Source: Sphaeroforma arctica JP610 (lineage: Eukaryota). From it: DNA of 51,653 bases. The stretch spans positions 118,971 to 170,623 of the forward strand of contig NW_014040537.1 in NCBI RefSeq assembly GCF_001186125.1. Direction: 5' to 3'. Position 1 is the stretch's first letter. Every line of letters begins with the position of its first letter. The notes below the pieces were generated by a model. It did no database searches, was not told the DNA's origin, and was given only the letters and a program-made list of their open reading frames with translations. Below, in pieces: positions 47,338 through 51,653 of the stretch. The position numbers and the translations under genes were made by a program.

Positions 47338-47853
47338 ATGGGTAGATACGCCGCTGCTCCTCTAGACGAGAGCAAGTCTGCCAAGGCCAAGGGGTCTCAC
47401 CTTCGTGTGCACATGAAGAACACGCGTGAGACTGCCATGGCCATCAAGAACATGCCTCTAAAGGGTGCCATTCAGTACCTTGAGGATGTCAAGGAGAAGA
47501 AGCGCATCATCCCCTTCCGTCGCTTCAAGGGAGATGTCGGACGCCACGCCCAGTGCAAGGAGTTCGGAGTGACCCAGGGACGTTGGCCCGTAAAGTCCTG
47601 TAACTATCTTTTGGATCTTCTGCGCAATGCCGAGAGCAATGCTGAGACCAAGGGACTGGACATCGATAACCTTACCATCAACCACATCCAGGTTAACCAG
47701 GCCCCCTACATGCGCAGACGTACATACCGTGCACACGGTCGTATCAATCCTTACATGTCCTCTCCTTGCCACATCGAGCTTATCGTAGGCGAGAAGTTCG
47801 AGAACGTACCCAAGGCCGAGGAGACCGCATCCGTGCGCAAGACCACTCGTTAA
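47338..47853 (+). CDS. RPL17: 60S ribosomal protein L17 (uL22)
   Basis: [51 protein letters not shown]. Strong codon bias; CDS has no intron. Confidence 0.97.
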   Translation: MGRYAAAPLDESKSAKAKGSHLRVHMKNTRETAMAIKNMPLKGAIQYLEDVKEKKRIIPFRRFKGDVGRHAQCKEFGVTQGRWPVKSCNYLLDLLRNAESNAETKGLDIDNLTINHIQVNQAPYMRRRTYRAHGRINPYMSSPCHIELIVGEKFENVPKAEETASVRKTTR

Positions 47854-50653
47854 GTGCATCTAAGCAGTGGAGAGTTAATTCACATTTAGAATTATAATGC
47901 GAAGCCGTGTGTGGTTCGAGGTGTGTGTATATACAGGCATGTGGCGGAGGATATAGCTGAGGAGAAAATAGGAAAAAAAATTACACTAGCTAAAGGGTGT
48001 ATATCTACAACAATGTCAGCAAACTAGTATATTATTACAGTGCTACTTGGTCCAAGTCGATGGGGCACACAAAACGACGATAGAAGCCGGACGATTATTT
48101 TTGTGCACAAGCAAATTACGCACAACAATGTCCGTATTGTGCGGTATATGTGTTGGCTGTGCAATGGGACGATCAAGATGGATACAGAATGGATGCGCCT
48201 GAGATAGCTGTGTAAGATACTGTGTGCTTTTGTTGTAATAAAGCCTGCCTGTGTTAACATCCTTTGTCTGAATATAAGTATGTTTTCTTTTGTGTGTGGC
48301 TACGTACATCCGTTTAGCTTTACTGCGTTTATTCAGGAATCAATATTTGTTTGTGTATGCATACAAGCATATACCAAATGTTTCTTTATGACCTTGTTTG
48401 TATGGAAGTGCATTGTGAACGAATACATCGGAAGTAGTGCGACTGCTTTGAAAAATTTGCGCGTGGAAAGTGTTCTGCATCCGTGGTATGTTTGCCAGGC
48501 GTGTGAATACGTTTCTTATTATGCTGTGCTGTCGCATTCAAAGCATATAGTTTATTTTGGTAGTATATGCTAGTGATATCATTTGACGCAGATTATAGGC
48601 TTCACGAGTCTGGACTCTGGTACGATTATGTTTCTATATTTGATGCAATATACGCTAGTGTTAGCTCGTGTATGTGAATAATGCTAGTGTCAATTTTTGT
48701 TTGCATAAATATACTATATTTCGAGACATCAAGTTTGTCAATTGTTCTTTTCTTGTTCATCGTAATATTTGCATGACCAGTCAGTTATGTATACGTTTGT
48801 GAGTTTTTTTATCAGTTACAATATGCGCTGTGCTATTTTCACGTATAGTCATGCGCTAGTGCCTATACTCTTCAGGTTTACGATTCAGTTGGATTTGGGT
48901 TATTAGTGTGTATTGATGCTATCATGATTTGTGATGATATTCATAGTTGCTGTCGATTCTCGAATTAGAAAAGTAGCTATATCTTATGTATGTGTCTACA
49001 CTTGTACAATACCGCTTGTGGAAAGTTATATCATTTCGTGGCTCGTATGCCTTGGATTGTGTTGATATATTCCATATTTTCTGTGGAAGTAGCTCCTTCA
49101 GGGAATACAAGTCGAGTGTGGATATAGAAGTAGTAGCATCCTTGCGTATATTGATACTGCAGACCATGGAAAGTGGTACCATACTTTCAGTGCTTCAGTT
49201 ACACGGTAGGTGATCGAGTGGCTGAAGATGCCGTATAGGTCCGAGTTGTATGCAAACAATAAGCTCAGCGCCGCTGAGAAATATCCGAAGGCGTGTAGTA
49301 TACTACATTTTACGATGGTAGGGCTATACCGCTAGAATGGAGTGTTACTATCTTGTAAAATAGATTTTGCGATTCGAAAGTGGTACTATCGGTTTATAGT
49401 AATCGGCAGTACAACAAGCCAGTCTCCTGTACAGTATTTCAGAAAATTATCTTTGTTATAGGTTTTACCCGTGGCTAGGGAAGAAGATCTAGTACTCCAC
49501 CAGTTGTCACTAGCGTGTGAAGTACAACTATATAAAGTAGAATTTAGACAGTGTGTTGTGTATTTGCTAATAGAATCATTATAGCAATATCCGTACGAGC
49601 CAGATCAACAGTAACAGTGCGAAGGGGTTGAAGTAGATTTTGGTGGTGCAATGTTTGCACGTGTTGGGATAGAGATGACCTCGCCAATTCGCTGTCTTGG
49701 ATGAAAATTTGGATGTTGTCCTCGATACTGTACACGGGGACGGGTTTGCGACATCCACACACATTAGAAGGGGCTAGCTACCGTTCGATAGTCACATCTT
49801 TTATTGGAGAGACGCAGTCCGCTTGCGTTGGAGTATTCACCGATGAACCGGAAACTCAGCTGTGGCGGAATGACTCGATAGTGAAGATCTTCCTGACAGG
49901 TCGAGACTTGGTAAACGACATAGTTGTGTTGGCTACGAGAGACAAGAACGCATCTGAAACTTGTATAAACTCGATGATGAGAAGACGATGGCTATACTGT
50001 CCACCAGATCGTGTATGCTTTCTCTAAACAATAGGGCATCCCATCGGGTGTGGGGTCACAGGGACCAACTGAAAGGCGTAAATAAATGACTGGCCCATCT
50101 GTCTCGAAGTAAATCAACCCTCAAACCGTTTTTGATGAAATATTTATATTGTTTGCATTGCTTGTTAGCGAGTACGTTATTAGAACTCGTATGGTTTGAC
50201 CTGAGGGCTGAGGCCTACACTAGATGTCATATATAGTTGGAAATCACTGCAGATATTGATTCTCAGAATCATTTGAAAACAGACTTGGTTATATCTCAAA
50301 TACATGTACATTTGTATGTTACAGAACTCAAATTGAGTTGAGATTCATGTACATAAAATGACGGGTGGATACAGGCGAATTTATATTCGTTTTCGCTTGG
50401 CATGTGCACTTGCACCGCAAGTGCATAACGGTGGCGGTACATAGAAGCTACTTCCAATGACTTGTTAAATTTATTGTGTATGTTCTCGCCGACTAACACG
50501 GTGCATCCCCTCATCCCTCGGCCTCCATCGCCATTTCTATGTAACTGCCTTGTCCAGCAGAATAAATATATACCAGTGGAGCTTCACTTTTTCACATAAT
50601 AAGTTATACAGTGAAGACTATGTATTTCCCCTATGAAAAGTACTCGTTAAGTA

Positions 50654-51267
50654 TTAGCCAGAGCATCCTCGGCAACCACAGTGCACGCACTCGATAACCT
50701 TCTCCTCTTCTAGTTTTTTCTTTGGCACGCGACATATACACTGAGTTCCAAAGTTGGTGTCGCGGGTTTGAATACACCGCAGGCAGCAAAGATTCTCATA
50801 TCCAGACTGGAAGTGAAGGGTAGGAAAAACATGTGTGTTGCGTTAGTATTGATAGGATCCAAGACTAGAGTTCAAAATTGAAAGCACGGGCGATGTATCG
50901 AAGTACAATAAAAATGGATGCAGACAGATCCGGTGAATATTTGCATGTAATAGCTGCATATGTTTAAATAAATATACGGAACACTTTTGAACCAAGGTTG
51001 ATAAACGATCAAAGCCTTCTAGCCATAGCTCAGGGCTGCGCCAGTCACGCAAGAGCAAGTGACACCGACCGATACATACCTTCTTCCATTTGGCGATTAG
51101 GTTAGCGTCCGCATACTTCTCCTTTAGGCAGTATTCATAGAGATCCTTGGAAATAGCTTTGCGCTTGTAGAACAGATCGTATACGTATTTCGAGCGTTGA
51201 TGGTGCACTCGAAAGATAGGCCACGTCGATTCTGATTTACGTTTGCCCTCGTGTGATTCATTGACAG
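50654..51267 (-). CDS. BUD31: BUD31/G10 splicing factor, last two exons (51080-51267 and 50654-50806); 5' exon not seen in the window
   Basis: [30 protein letters not shown] spliced to [42 protein letters not shown] intron. Confidence 0.96.
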
Positions 51268-51525
51268 CTGTGCATAAAAATATTATGTACAATAAGTAAT
51301 GATATACCGTATTCGAAGTCGAGGAAAAGTAACACAACATGGAAGCCACTCATGATACAAAGGCACGCGACAAAACAAGGTCCTTTCTAATCATACGCGC
51401 GACGATAAACATAAATTGACTACACATGTAGAATAATCATTGACGATACCATGACTATTTACATACGTAGAAGTGTATATATTATAACAGCGAAATATAT
51501 ATATTTATATATATATACATATATC

Positions 51526-51630
<105 letters not shown>

Positions 51631-51653
51631 ACTAATATATATGTATACAGCAC

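Noticed and set aside
49544..50027. Short ORFs between RPL17 and BUD31
   Set aside because: No recognisable motif or consistent splice model; may be a decayed gene fragment but cannot be supported.

Overview
Eukaryotic nuclear DNA (GT-AG introns, long (TA)n tracts, three assembly gaps); gene content and style would fit a unicellular opisthokont such as an ichthyosporean, but that is a guess. The left ~34 kb is a nest of decayed mobile elements. It contains at least three Ty3/Gypsy LTR retrotransposons, several solo LTRs with recognisable target-site duplications (TSDs), an APE-RT non-LTR element plus a second ORF1-only fragment, two tandem THAP-domain pseudogenes each followed by a 22-bp array, and a hAT transposase pseudogene. 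The right ~15 kb carries host genes: an intronless Agd3/CE18-like polysaccharide deacetylase, a Nop6-like RRM/RGG protein, a ROK-family sugar kinase, RPL17 and the 3' part of BUD31. Main finding: two divergent Ty3/Gypsy elements (TG..CA LTRs, aspartic protease, Gypsy RT/RNase H) each carry a phage-Dam/DIRS-type DNA N6-adenine methyltransferase domain just after RNase H. In one of them the domain is in frame with a DDE integrase. Second finding: two ~550-750 nt non-coding stretches (about 130-660 and 26340-27105) are packed with hairpins whose G-U pairs favour the + strand, suggesting unannotated structured RNAs. All calls are by eye; no searches or folding programs were run.
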